NCBI GenBank assembly: GCA_963765675.1
Contig: CAVXXK010000001.1
Location: 2,336,001-2,400,000 of the forward strand
Direction of reading: 5' to 3'
DNA from: an uncultured delta proteobacterium
Lineage (GTDB): Bacteria; Desulfobacterota; Binatia; Binatales; Binataceae
Length of the DNA stretch: 64,000 nt
Made by a program: the position numbers and the translations under genes. The notes under the pieces are model-generated. The model had not been told where the DNA came from, did not search any database, and saw only the letters and a program-made list of their open reading frames with translations. Below, in pieces: positions 43,475 to 53,199 of the stretch. Position 1 is the stretch's first letter; each line of letters begins with the position of its first letter.

Positions 43475-43735
43475 TTTACCCATCAGTTCGTAAGGACGAG
43501 GGTTCGACGCATCTTATCTCCGTCGTCTTCTGCATCCTATCTCACTCATTTCTATAACGCTTTTTTGACGGTGGGTTCGTTCCCGGGATTTTGCGCATCG
43601 CGTCGGGGGAGAGTGTCCGGAAATGCTGAGGAATTATGTAAAAACCAAGAGTTCGTTTTGATCGCCGCATATCGAGAATTTCTGGCTCCTCGCCCTGTAG
43701 AGGCTGTCAATTTTCCTCGCAGAAGCTCAGTTGGT

Positions 43736-43843
43736 GTCATCCTGAGCCGCAGGCGAAGGATCTCCGCGAAGCGATTAGTGCAACCAACCCTGGCTCTTCG
43801 CACTAATCGCTTCGCGGAGATCCTTCACTTCGTTCAGGATGAC
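43736..43843. repeat. 108-nt GTCATCCTGA inverted doublet (long hairpin)
   Basis: gtcatcctga...gaaggatctccgcgaagcgattagtgc / gcactaatcgcttcgcggagatccttc...tcaggatgac. Confidence 0.85.
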
Positions 43844-43869
43844 GGACAAGAACTCGCCATTTATCGACA

Positions 43870-44023
43870 CCCTCCCGTAAGCGAGAGGTTGGGTGAGGGT
43901 CCTTTTTCAGCGCGACGCGCGAGCGGTGCGCGACTATAGAACTGTCCACGACCGTGGCGGCACGACGAGTTATCCGGCATCGGTCCCTCACCTGGCCTCT
44001 CCCTGACAGGGAGAGGAACCAGA
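43870..44023. repeat. GGTGAGGG...CCCTCACC REPIN-like doublet (related copy 49160-49324)
   Basis: gagaggttgggtgagggtcc...atcggtccctcacctggcctctccctgacagggagaggaaccaga. Confidence 0.7.
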
Positions 44024-44045
44024 TAAGAGAGCCACTGTGCGGCGC

Positions 44046-45980
44046 TCAATCTTTCCAGAGATTGTTGGCGGCGTACTTCAGGACTACGTCCACGCAGGAT
44101 TCGCAGTAGCCGTTCTCGAGGAGGTTCTTGACCATCGCGCTGTACTTCTCGCCCTGCTCCTCGTCGCGGGTGCGGGCCTTGGTGATGATGCGCGAGATGT
44201 CGCGGACCGAGGTCATCAGCTTCTTCTCGATCGCTTCTTTAAGCGGCTCGTAGCTCTTGTAGCTGACCTTCTCGCCGCGGCGCGAGGTCGCCCACAGATA
44301 CGCGATCACTTCCTGGCGGAAGCCGTCGGCCGCCGAGCCGATAATCGCGATCTGCTCTTCGATCGATTTGAGGAAGCCCTCGTCGGGCGACAGCTCTTCC
44401 TTGGTGTTGCGATCGCGGACCTTGGTCTTGTTGACGTAGGCCTCGGCGTGGTCGAGATAGTTCTGGAACAGCGATTCGGCCTGCTCCTGGTAGGAGTAGA
44501 CGAACGCGCGCGTAATCTCCTTTTCCAGCAGCTCCAGATATTCCTTGTGCAGCGTGTCCTGCAGCAGTTCGAGGTATGCCTTGCGCGTGTCGTCGGGGAG
44601 GTCGGCTTCCTTGGTCATCGCGATCAGCGACTCGCGCACGTTGATCGGATTGATGCAGTTGCCGCTGACGTTGTCGGAAAGCGCGTTGTCGAGCGCCTTC
44701 ATGATGAATCGGGTCGAGATGCCGTTCATCCCTTCGCGCTTGGTGTCTTCCTTCAGCTCCTGCACGTCGATCTTCTTGGTGCGTCCCTTCTCGACCACTT
44801 CCTCTCCGTTGTAGAGCCGGAGCTTGGTCATCAGATCGCACTTCGAGGTCGGTTCGAGCCGCGAGAGGATCGCGAACATCGAGGCGAGCTCGAGCGTGTG
44901 CGGCGCGACGTGCGCGCGGAAGTCGGAGTTGCGGATGATCTTCAGATAGATCTTCACCTCTTCCGACAGGCGCAGATTGTACGGAACCTTGACTACGACG
45001 ATTCGGTCGAGGATCGCCTCGTTGGTGTGGTCGGCCTTGAACTTCTGCCATTCGGCTTCGTTCGAGTGGGCGACGATCGTCGTATCGACATAGACCATCC
45101 CATGGCGTCCGGGCGCCGGGATGACTTTCTCCTGCGTCGCGGTGATCATCGCGTGCAGGTATTCGGTTTCGTTCTTGAAGACTTCGATAAACTCGACCAC
45201 GCCGCGGTTGCCGACGTTGAGCGCGCCGTTGAGTTCGAGCACACGCGGGTCGCCTTCGGAATATTGGTCGAGCTTCGAGATATCTTCGCTGCCGATCAGG
45301 ACCGAGGTGTCCTGATTGTTCGGGTCGACCGGCGGAACGACGCCCACGCCGACGCGGTTGCGCTTCGAGAAGCTCTTGGTCTCGATCGGAAATTCTTCGT
45401 AGCGCTGATTGAACTCGACCTTCAGGCGATAGCGGCAGACCGGGCACAGGTCGCCCTCGATATGCACCCCGAGCATCTTCTCGAACTCGCGCCGCAGATG
45501 GCGCGGGATCAGATGCAGCGGCTCCTCGTGCATCGGGCATCCTTCGATGCTGTAGATCACCCCGGTCTGTTCGAGTCCGCGCTGAAGGCGCTCGACCAGC
45601 GAGGATTTGCCCGATCCGACCGGCCCCATCAGGTACAGGACCTGGCGCGATTCCTCGCCCTTGAGCGAGGCGGAATGGAAGTAGCGTACGATTTGCGAAA
45701 TCGTCCGCTCGATTCCGAAAAACTCTTCCGAGAAGAATCCGAACACCTTTACCGGCTCGTCCTTGTACAGCCGCTTGGTGCGCGGATCGTCGCTCTCCTG
45801 GATGCTGCGCGAGCCCGACGCGGTGATCATGTCGTAGATGCGCGCGTGGGAAAGCTTGGTGATAGTCGGATCGGCCTTGACCAGTTCGAGATAGGCAAGC
45901 AGCGTTCCGCTCCACTTTTCAGATTCGCGGGCGGCGCGGTCTTCTTTGATTACGCGTTCGAAGTGATTGGGTTCAGCCAT
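44046..45980 (-). CDS. prkA: PrkA/YeaG AAA-type serine protein kinase
   Basis: FFGIE, LMGPVGSGKSS, CPMHEEPL, NQDTSVLIGS, NRGVVEFIEVFK, AHSNEAEW, VPYNL, APHTL, GISTRF. Confidence 0.93.
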   Translation of the reverse strand: MAEPNHFERVIKEDRAARESEKWSGTLLAYLELVKADPTITKLSHARIYDMITASGSRSIQESDDPRTKRLYKDEPVKVFGFFSEEFFGIERTISQIVRYFHSASLKGEESRQVLYLMGPVGSGKSSLVERLQRGLEQTGVIYSIEGCPMHEEPLHLIPRHLRREFEKMLGVHIEGDLCPVCRYRLKVEFNQRYEEFPIETKSFSKRNRVGVGVVPPVDPNNQDTSVLIGSEDISKLDQYSEGDPRVLELNGALNVGNRGVVEFIEVFKNETEYLHAMITATQEKVIPAPGRHGMVYVDTTIVAHSNEAEWQKFKADHTNEAILDRIVVVKVPYNLRLSEEVKIYLKIIRNSDFRAHVAPHTLELASMFAILSRLEPTSKCDLMTKLRLYNGEEVVEKGRTKKIDVQELKEDTKREGMNGISTRFIMKALDNALSDNVSGNCINPINVRESLIAMTKEADLPDDTRKAYLELLQDTLHKEYLELLEKEITRAFVYSYQEQAESLFQNYLDHAEAYVNKTKVRDRNTKEELSPDEGFLKSIEEQIAIIGSAADGFRQEVIAYLWATSRRGEKVSYKSYEPLKEAIEKKLMTSVRDISRIITKARTRDEEQGEKYSAMVKNLLENGYCESCVDVVLKYAANNLWKD

Positions 45981-46141
45981 CGGCCAGCTCCTCGAGTTAC
46001 GGACGTTTAGGGGGAGGCGTGACAGGCGGCGGTCAGAGGGACGGCTGTGCTATTTTTCAAGCTCAGCATGGCTGTCAGTATAACGGACCTTGCGCGACGC
46101 AACAAGTAACCCTTTGCGCCAAGCGGTTGAATCGCGCGCGA

Positions 46142-47017
46142 TCAGTTTTGCTCCGGCACCGCGACTCTGTCCGTCAGCACGACGCGGCCACGATCGTTGC
46201 CGACTCGCGCGGCGAATACCTGGTCATCGTGGGCGAACGATACCCACGTGCGCTCGGCGATCGCGCGGCCGAGGTAGAGCGACTTTTGTTCCATCGTGGT
46301 CAGCGCGTCGAGGTCGTAGGCCTGATTCCATGGGCCGCGCAGATGCGACCGCGTCGGCACGATATCGGCCAGATGCGCAAATGAGGCGCCGGCGTCGCTG
46401 ACGGTGCATACCTGATGGTCTCGAGTATGGCCGCCGGTCGGGACGGCGGTCACGCCGGGGACGATCTCGGCGGGGCCGTCGAGCGCCTCGATCCGCGCGA
46501 GGTTGGGCGCGAGAATCTCCGCGGCATGGCGATAGGCGGCGTGCAGGCGCTCGTTGCGCGGCGCGCGGGCGATATCGAGCTCGCCTTTCTGCACGAAGAT
46601 TCGAGCACGCGGAAAGGCGGCTTCGAGCACGCCCGAATCGCGCCGGCGCACGAGGCCGCCGGCATGATCGAAATGCAGATGCGAGCAGATAACGGCGGTG
46701 ATATCGCCCAATTCCATCCCGAGCGCGCGCAGATGGTCGGGCAGCCATCCGTCGCCGTGGTCGAAGATCTTGCGCTCGACGTCGCTCAGGCGGTTGCCGA
46801 TTCCGCAATCGACCAGGATCGCGTCGGCGCCGCGGATAATCAGCGGGCAGGTCAGGTTAAGGCGGATGCGGTTCTGCTCGTCGGGCGGATGATCGCGTTT
46901 CCACAGCTCGCGCGGCACCACGCCGAACATGCATCCGCCGTCGTTGCGCCATAGCCCGTCGGTAAGGAAGGCGACGGTGAAGGATCCGATTTCAATTTTC
47001 GGCGGCGTGATGGTCAT
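46142..47017 (-). CDS. MBL-fold metallo-hydrolase (YtnP-like)
   Basis: DGGCMFGVVP, VDCGIG, SHLHFDHAGG, TGGHT..HQ, AYDL, FAHD. Confidence 0.9.
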   Translation of the reverse strand: MTITPPKIEIGSFTVAFLTDGLWRNDGGCMFGVVPRELWKRDHPPDEQNRIRLNLTCPLIIRGADAILVDCGIGNRLSDVERKIFDHGDGWLPDHLRALGMELGDITAVICSHLHFDHAGGLVRRRDSGVLEAAFPRARIFVQKGELDIARAPRNERLHAAYRHAAEILAPNLARIEALDGPAEIVPGVTAVPTGGHTRDHQVCTVSDAGASFAHLADIVPTRSHLRGPWNQAYDLDALTTMEQKSLYLGRAIAERTWVSFAHDDQVFAARVGNDRGRVVLTDRVAVPEQN

Positions 47018-47055
47018 CGCGGTAGATAACCTCTTATCGCGTATTCTCCATTGCA

Positions 47056-47172
47056 GTCATCCTGCCATGAAAGTCAGGGCGGTGTGAGTATTGTGTGCAA
47101 AGAGCAAAGCCACTATGGCTTTGCGCTTGGAACAGAATATTCCTACCACCTCGACTTTCATGGCGGGATGAC
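47056..47172. repeat. 117-nt GTCATC hairpin/MITE-like element
   Basis: gtcatcctgccatgaaagtc...caaagccac tatggctttg...gactttcatggcgggatgac. Confidence 0.8.
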
Positions 47173-47199
47173 GGACGAGAATCGCTAGCACGCCATTGC

Positions 47200-48339
47200 T
47201 CAATTCGCGACCCGCCGGAATTCGTCGTTGTGCAGGGCAACGCACCAGGGCTGGCCGCCGAGGCGGCCGTACTCCTGGTCCTCGCAACTCATCGTGTCGC
47301 CGGTGACGGTGCATGAGAGCTCGTGGGTCTCGTCGATCGATTCGCGGGTCGAGAAGAACGGAAGCGCATTGCCGGCGTCGGAATGATGCAGCAGAAACCG
47401 CATCCGCATCGAATCTACGCCGTCAGTCGAGAGCACCTCGACGCGCGACCACTCGTCGGCCTGGTTTCCGTAAAGACCCGGCCTCAGCCGCAGCGAGGAA
47501 AAGGTCGGCTCAAAATCTCCGCTCGCCGTGCGCTGATAGCAAAACCGTCCCGAGTCCTGGGTATAGACGCATCCCTCGCGCGCGCCGGGCAACAGATGAA
47601 CCGGGCCGTTCTGCTGATCGTTCGCCAGCTCCCAGCATCCCTTGAACACGCTCGGCAGCTTGAGCGTGCCGGTCTGGCTCGGCGCAGGATTGGTGGCAGT
47701 CTGCACGCCAGGATCGACTTGAATCTGATTGTCGAGCGCGAGATTCGGCGTGCCCAGGAAGCCCAGCGTTTTGCTTTCCGCGTCCTGCTTGCCGTAATCG
47801 GTCGCGACCTTGCCCGAGAGCATCAGAAAAGCGGGAGCGCCGGTCGCGTCGCGATAAACCTGCGCGGTGACGAATGGCAGGCGATGAGATTTCAGATATG
47901 CGGTGGCGTCGCGCGAGCGCGAGGCATCGAGCATCGACTCGGAAGGAAGAGTGAGCGCGCTCGACGAGGGCGGCGTCTGGCTCGGGAGCCTCAATTCGTT
48001 TTCACTCGTGTGCGTGGGCAGTGCCGGAGGCTTCGCGGCCGGGACCTGCTTGGGGGCGGGCCGTGTCTGCAAACCTCCTCCGGACAACATATCGGCGGCG
48101 CCTGCAGGGGAAATCGGATTGGCTGAGCGCGCCTTCGCGGGTGACGGCGATTGCTTTGATGCGGGCGTCGGCGAAGCCGGCTGCGCGGCGTCCAGCGGCG
48201 ACTGCGCGACCAGCTCCGGTTGCTCGTGTATCCGGGTGAAGAAGATCGCGCCGCCTGCGCCGAGCGCGAAGAGCACGATCAGAATCGCGGCGGTGCCGAG
48301 CAATCCGCGCAGATCGAGCTTGCCGCGTTTGCGCCTCAT
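47200..48339 (-). CDS. Membrane-anchored hypothetical protein with Pro/Ser linker, BON-like segment and Cys-containing C-terminal domain
   Basis: N-terminal TM; LSGKVATDYGKQDAE...LDNQIQV (BON-like); FKGCW, several Cys. Confidence 0.6.
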   Translation of the reverse strand: MRRKRGKLDLRGLLGTAAILIVLFALGAGGAIFFTRIHEQPELVAQSPLDAAQPASPTPASKQSPSPAKARSANPISPAGAADMLSGGGLQTRPAPKQVPAAKPPALPTHTSENELRLPSQTPPSSSALTLPSESMLDASRSRDATAYLKSHRLPFVTAQVYRDATGAPAFLMLSGKVATDYGKQDAESKTLGFLGTPNLALDNQIQVDPGVQTATNPAPSQTGTLKLPSVFKGCWELANDQQNGPVHLLPGAREGCVYTQDSGRFCYQRTASGDFEPTFSSLRLRPGLYGNQADEWSRVEVLSTDGVDSMRMRFLLHHSDAGNALPFFSTRESIDETHELSCTVTGDTMSCEDQEYGRLGGQPWCVALHNDEFRRVAN

Positions 48340-48346
48340 GCTTTGA

Positions 48347-48814
48347 TTATGAGCCCATCAGCCAGAGTCCGCACAGGAGCGCAATCGCGCCCATCGCGGC
48401 GATCGCGCCGTGCCATCTGGCGTTACGCGCGGTCGCGCCGGGAATCGCGGCGACGCGGCCCTTGTCGGCGACGGCGCGGAGTGTCGCGGTGATCGACAGC
48501 GCGCGGCCGAGCGCCAGCGACATCGCGATGAACAGGATCACCTTGACCGCCAGGATAATTCCGAACTGCGCCGAGAAATTGAACCCGCGCGCCACACCGG
48601 CGAGCGCCAGGTTGAACCCTCCGGTTACGAGCACGACGGTTGCGGCCGCGATATTGAAGCCGTCGATTTTGGGCGCGGCGCGCAGCGCGAAGTTGACCTG
48701 CTCGTCGCTGCCGGCCGCGATTGCAAGACCCGCGATGACGAAGCATACGCAGGCCGTTACCCACGCGCCGCCGGCGAGTGCGTGAATCCAGAGAATCGTG
48801 CTGCGCAGTTCCAT
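48347..48814 (-). CDS. Four-TM membrane protein (CopD/DUF4149-like)
   Basis: LWIHALAGGAW, VTGGFN, LAVKVILF. Confidence 0.55.
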   Translation of the reverse strand: MELRSTILWIHALAGGAWVTACVCFVIAGLAIAAGSDEQVNFALRAAPKIDGFNIAAATVVLVTGGFNLALAGVARGFNFSAQFGIILAVKVILFIAMSLALGRALSITATLRAVADKGRVAAIPGATARNARWHGAIAAMGAIALLCGLWLMGS

Positions 48815-48930
48815 CGGGGGGCGTCGGCGTCATCGACAATTCTAGCGCGCGCCGCGAGCGCGCAGAAATGGGCGATGTCGATGTGCGCGAAGCCGGCGCA
48901 TCGCGCCGCGTCTCTGTCGAGTTCTCTTCT

Positions 48931-49122
48931 GCCAGTGGCCGCCGACGGCCCGTCGGCCACGCGAAGCGTCATGTGCACGTGTGCGGATAAATCGCGGCGT
49001 CGCGCGATTAAAAGAGCAGAGCAGCGCCCTCACCCACGCGTCACGAGGCGTGCGAAAAAGAATCGCAAGCATCGCGCCGCGCCGCCCGCGTGCCAGTGGC
49101 ACCTCCCGGTGGGAGAGGGTAT
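48931..49122. repeat. Composite CCCTCACCC/GGGAGAGGG element (copy of 12433-12660)
   Basis: Shared blocks listed for the 12433 copy. Confidence 0.75.
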
Positions 49123-49159
49123 CCAGCAAAGACGGTGGGTCGCGACACCGCCTCTGAAT

Positions 49160-49367
49160 CCCTGGCCTAGTATGGGAGAGGTCAGGTGAGGGCCTTATTC
49201 AGCGCGGCGCACAGCGACGCACGATTATAGGAAATCTGCCTAGGAGAATTTAAACGCGCGGCAGAACGATGCCGCGCAGATCGGACCCTCACCTAACCTC
49301 TCCCTTTCAGGGCGAGGGACCAGAAGCGCGGCGCGATTATTTCGTAGGGACGGCTCGCGAGCTGCCC
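49160..49367. repeat. REPIN-like doublet (related to 43870-44023) plus GTAG REP
   Basis: gggagaggtcaggtgagggcc...atcggaccctcacctaacctctccctttcagggcgagggaccaga; gtagggacggctcgcgagctgccc at 49344-49367. Confidence 0.7.
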
Positions 49368-49459
49368 GTTTTGGTTTGGCGATGAGCGCCGGTTTGAGCT
49401 AACAGACATCAACAGTGCGGCTGCGCGCGTGGCCGAATGCGCGGGCCAGGAGGTGCTCA

Positions 49460-50854
49460 ATGCTGAGTCCATATATCGATGCCGCGGAATTGCGTGAACT
49501 GATCTTCAAAAAAGAAATCAAGCTGCGCGAGGTCGCCGAGTTCTTCATCGCGCGCGCCGAAAAGCTCAATCCGAAGCTCGGCGCGTTCATGACGCTGACG
49601 CCGGAGCGCGCGATCGCCGACGCCGAGCGGCTCGAGAAAACTCCCGACGCCGATCGCCGCCGATGCCTGATGTTCGGCATCCCGTATTCGATCAAGGACC
49701 TGAACGCGACCAAAGACATCCCCACCTCGATGGGCTCGAAGAATTACGAAAACTTCCAGCCGCCGTTCGACGACGAGATCGTCGTGAAGATGCGCAATCA
49801 TGGCGGAATCCTGCTGGGCAAGACCGCGACGCCGGAATTCGGCGCGCGTCCAACTACCGAAGGCGGGCATTGCCCGCCGGCGCGGAATCCATGGAACCTC
49901 GAGCATACCGCCGGCGGTTCGAGCGGCGGCGCGGGCAGCGCGCTGGGCGCGGGTCTTGGACCTCTTGCGCAGGGCAGCGACGGAGGCGGCTCGATTCGCA
50001 TCCCGTCGGCCTGCTGCGGCGTGGTGGGACTCAAGCCTTCGCGCGGACGGGTCACGCTGGCGCCGCAGGCGGGAGAGGCGTGGGCGGGATTTGCGACCTT
50101 TGGTCCGATGGCGCGCACGGTCGGCGACGTGGCGATGTTCATGGACGTGATGTCCGGACATGTCGAGGGCGATCCGTACTGGGCGCCCGATGCGGTCACG
50201 TCGTTTCGATCCGCCGTCGATATCGCGCCGCGCAATCTGAAGATCGCGATCCTGCCGCGCAGCGCGATCACTCGCGGCGATCCGGAATCCGAAGCCGCGA
50301 CCGAAGCCGCGGGCAAAGTTTTCGAGGAGATGGGTCATCACGTCGAGCGGACGAAAGTCGATCCCGGCGCGAAGCTGCGCGACGTATGCATGAGGCTCAT
50401 CGCCGCTGGCGTGGGCTCAGTGGTATGCCCGAAGCCGGAGCTGATGGATCCGGTGGTGCGCGAACTGTGGGAGGCCGGGCGGAAGATCAGCGCCGCCGAA
50501 TACATCGCGACGGTCGCGCAGATGCACAATATCTCGCGCGAGATCGTGCAGGCGCTCGGCGCCTACGACGTGATCATCTCGCCGACGCTCGCGCGTCCCG
50601 CGGTGAAGCTCGGCACGCTGCCGTCGCGTCCCGACCGGTATCTCGAAGAGCTGCCGGAGTGGATTCCGTACACATTTGCGTTCAACGCGACCGGGCAGCC
50701 GGGCTTCTCGGTGCCTAACGGATTCAACAAGGCCGGACTGCCGATCGGGCTGCAAATTATCGGACGCCCCGCGGACGAGGTGACGATTATCGGCCTCGCG
50801 CGGCAGTTCGAGCTGGCGCGACCCTGGAAGGACAAGCATCCCGCACTCGATTGA
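49460..50854 (+). CDS. Amidase signature family protein
   Basis: IKDL (Lys), GKTATPEFG, RNPWN, GGSSGG, SDGGGSIRIPS; AGGAGGT RBS. Confidence 0.92.
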   Translation: MLSPYIDAAELRELIFKKEIKLREVAEFFIARAEKLNPKLGAFMTLTPERAIADAERLEKTPDADRRRCLMFGIPYSIKDLNATKDIPTSMGSKNYENFQPPFDDEIVVKMRNHGGILLGKTATPEFGARPTTEGGHCPPARNPWNLEHTAGGSSGGAGSALGAGLGPLAQGSDGGGSIRIPSACCGVVGLKPSRGRVTLAPQAGEAWAGFATFGPMARTVGDVAMFMDVMSGHVEGDPYWAPDAVTSFRSAVDIAPRNLKIAILPRSAITRGDPESEAATEAAGKVFEEMGHHVERTKVDPGAKLRDVCMRLIAAGVGSVVCPKPELMDPVVRELWEAGRKISAAEYIATVAQMHNISREIVQALGAYDVIISPTLARPAVKLGTLPSRPDRYLEELPEWIPYTFAFNATGQPGFSVPNGFNKAGLPIGLQIIGRPADEVTIIGLARQFELARPWKDKHPALD

Positions 50855-50896
50855 AGTGGCCGCATCCGTGTGAGCGAAACCGAGGGAAAAAAGATT

Positions 50897-52288
50897 ATGA
50901 TCAATCCGTATATCGAGGCTTGGGAGTTGCGCGAGCTGGTGCGCAAGAAGGAAATCCGCCCGCGCGAAGTCGCCGATTTTTTTCTGGCTCGAATCGAGCA
51001 GCTCAATTCGAAACTCGGCGCGTTCATCACGGTCACGCCCGAGCAGGCGCTCGCCGACGCGGCGAAGCTCGAGAAGGTCAGCAGCGCCGAGGCGGCGGCG
51101 ATGCCGCTGTTCGGCGTCGCCTACTCGCTCAAGGATCTGACCTGGACCAAAGATATCCGCACCACGTTCGGGTCGAAGAACTACGAGAACTGGCGCGCGC
51201 CGGCCGACGCCGAACTCGCGACGCGGCTCAAAAACTCGGGCGGAATTCTGCTCGGCAAAACCTCGACACCGGAATTCGGCGCGCGTCCGACCACCGAAGG
51301 CGGGCTATGCCCGCCCGCGCGCAATCCGTGGAACCTCGAGCATACGGCGGGCGGTTCGAGCGGCGGAGCGGGCGTCTCGGTTGCCGCCGGATTGAATCCG
51401 ATTGCCCAGGGCAGCGACGGCGGAGGCTCGATTCGCATCCCGTCGGCGTGCTGCGGGATCGTCGGGATCAAGCCGTCGCGCGGGCGAATCACCGCCGCTC
51501 CCGCCGCGGGCGAAGGATGGGGCGGATTTTCGACCACCGGGCCGATGGCGCACACGGTGCGCGACGCCGCGCTGATGCTCGACGTGATGGCGGGGCATTC
51601 GCATGGCGATCCGTACGCCGCGTTTCCGAATTCGCGTCCGTTTCTGGATGCAATCGCGACCCGGCCCAAGGACTTGAAGCTCGCGGCGATAAGCGAGACG
51701 GCGCTTGGTCCGGTCGATCCGGAAACTCGCGCGGCGTTCGAAAAAGCCTGCGACACGTTCGCCGAGATGGGTCATCGCGTCGAGGTGATCAAGCTCGATC
51801 CGGGCAAGCTGCTCATCGATCATGTGCGCACCGTCGTGATCGCCGCGATTGGCGCGACCCAGTTCGAGAATCCCGATCTGATGGACCCGCTGCTGCGCGG
51901 CACCTGGGAATTCGGGCGGAAGATTCTCGCGACCGATTACCTCCGCGCGCTGACGCAGGTGCATAACATCGCGCGCGAGATCGTCCAGCGCCTGATGCCG
52001 TATGACGCGTTGCTGACGCCGACGATTACGCGTCCGGCGGTGAAGCTCGGCACGATGGCGACGCGGGTCGAAACGGCGGGTGATGAAATTTACGGATGGA
52101 CCGCGTTCGTGTTTCCGTTCAATTCGACCGGGCAGCCCGCGATCACGCTGCCTAACGGTTTCAACAAAGCGGGACTGCCGATCGGCGTGCAGATCGTAGG
52201 ACGCCCGTACGATGAAGCCGGAGTGATCGCGCTCGGTGCGGCGTTCGAGGAGGCGCGTCCCTGGAAAGGGAAGCATCCGGCGCTGTGA
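50897..52288 (+). CDS. Amidase signature family protein (tandem paralog)
   Basis: LKDL, GKTSTPEFG, GGSSGG, SDGGGSIRIPS; colinear with the upstream amidase. Confidence 0.92.
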   Translation: MINPYIEAWELRELVRKKEIRPREVADFFLARIEQLNSKLGAFITVTPEQALADAAKLEKVSSAEAAAMPLFGVAYSLKDLTWTKDIRTTFGSKNYENWRAPADAELATRLKNSGGILLGKTSTPEFGARPTTEGGLCPPARNPWNLEHTAGGSSGGAGVSVAAGLNPIAQGSDGGGSIRIPSACCGIVGIKPSRGRITAAPAAGEGWGGFSTTGPMAHTVRDAALMLDVMAGHSHGDPYAAFPNSRPFLDAIATRPKDLKLAAISETALGPVDPETRAAFEKACDTFAEMGHRVEVIKLDPGKLLIDHVRTVVIAAIGATQFENPDLMDPLLRGTWEFGRKILATDYLRALTQVHNIAREIVQRLMPYDALLTPTITRPAVKLGTMATRVETAGDEIYGWTAFVFPFNSTGQPAITLPNGFNKAGLPIGVQIVGRPYDEAGVIALGAAFEEARPWKGKHPAL

Positions 52289-52398
52289 GGCTCAAGTGAT
52301 CGATGTCAGTGACGCGACAGTCAGCTCGTGAGGCTATACGCGATGTGAAGTGATCGCGCAGCGGCCGTGGTCGCAAACGAAAGTGGCGCGGGGATAAG

Positions 52399-53199
52399 AT
52401 GGCCGCTGCGATGGCTCCCCGCACGCATCAATTCTACGCGATCGCATTCGAAGAAAACTTCGCATTGCGTCAGCTCGCCGCAGCGTTTCCGGCGGCGCGG
52501 CTGGCGGGACACGAGCTGTTCATTCCCGTCGATTCCGACGGCGCGATCTATGCCTACCGATTCGGCGCGCTAGTCACACACGATGTCCCGCCGGAGCGGC
52601 GCGAGGTTGAATTGGCGCGCATCCGCGCCGCGATCCCGAAGCTGACTGCGCAGGTGATCAGCGAAGACTATTCCGTGGTCGAGGACCCCGCCTTCCAGAC
52701 TGGAATCGTGGGCGGGACGTTGCACCTGGACAAGTTCACGCCCGCGCGGGCAAGTATCGTCGCGCTCACGATGGCGCAGAGCGCCGCGATGGAATATTAC
52801 GAGCGGATTGTCGATGACCTGTTCGCCCGCACCGGCGCGCTGGTGGAACGCCTCGAACAGCGCGGGACGGTTGCGCTCAACACCCGCCCGTTGCATCGCT
52901 TTATCGGCGAGGCGATTGCCACGCGTAGCGAGGTCTTGTCGGTGTTGCATTTGCTCGACAAGCCCGAGGCCGCCTGGGAGGACTCGGCGATGGACCGCAT
53001 CTACGAGGACCTGCGCGCCGAGTTCGATCTGGTTGACCGCTACGCCGCGCTGGAATCGAAGCTGCGCAGCGTGCAGGAGGCGCTCGAGCTGGTGCTCGAC
53101 GTTGCTCGCGACCGGCGCCTGGTGTTGCTCGAGGTCGCGATCGGCGTGCTGATCCTGATCGAGCTAATCGTAAGCCTCGTCCCGCTGATGACGCGCTAG
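52399..53199 (+). CDS. RMD1/DUF155 family protein
   Basis: YRFGALV, AQSAAMEYYE, LLDKPEAAWED, EFDL.DR...L..KL, C-terminal TM. Confidence 0.85.
   Translation: MAAAMAPRTHQFYAIAFEENFALRQLAAAFPAARLAGHELFIPVDSDGAIYAYRFGALVTHDVPPERREVELARIRAAIPKLTAQVISEDYSVVEDPAFQTGIVGGTLHLDKFTPARASIVALTMAQSAAMEYYERIVDDLFARTGALVERLEQRGTVALNTRPLHRFIGEAIATRSEVLSVLHLLDKPEAAWEDSAMDRIYEDLRAEFDLVDRYAALESKLRSVQEALELVLDVARDRRLVLLEVAIGVLILIELIVSLVPLMTR

Noticed and set aside
44037-46010. 657-aa antisense ORF opposite prkA (and similar long antisense ORFs elsewhere)
   Set aside because: Expected by-product of high-GC codon bias; no recognisable motifs
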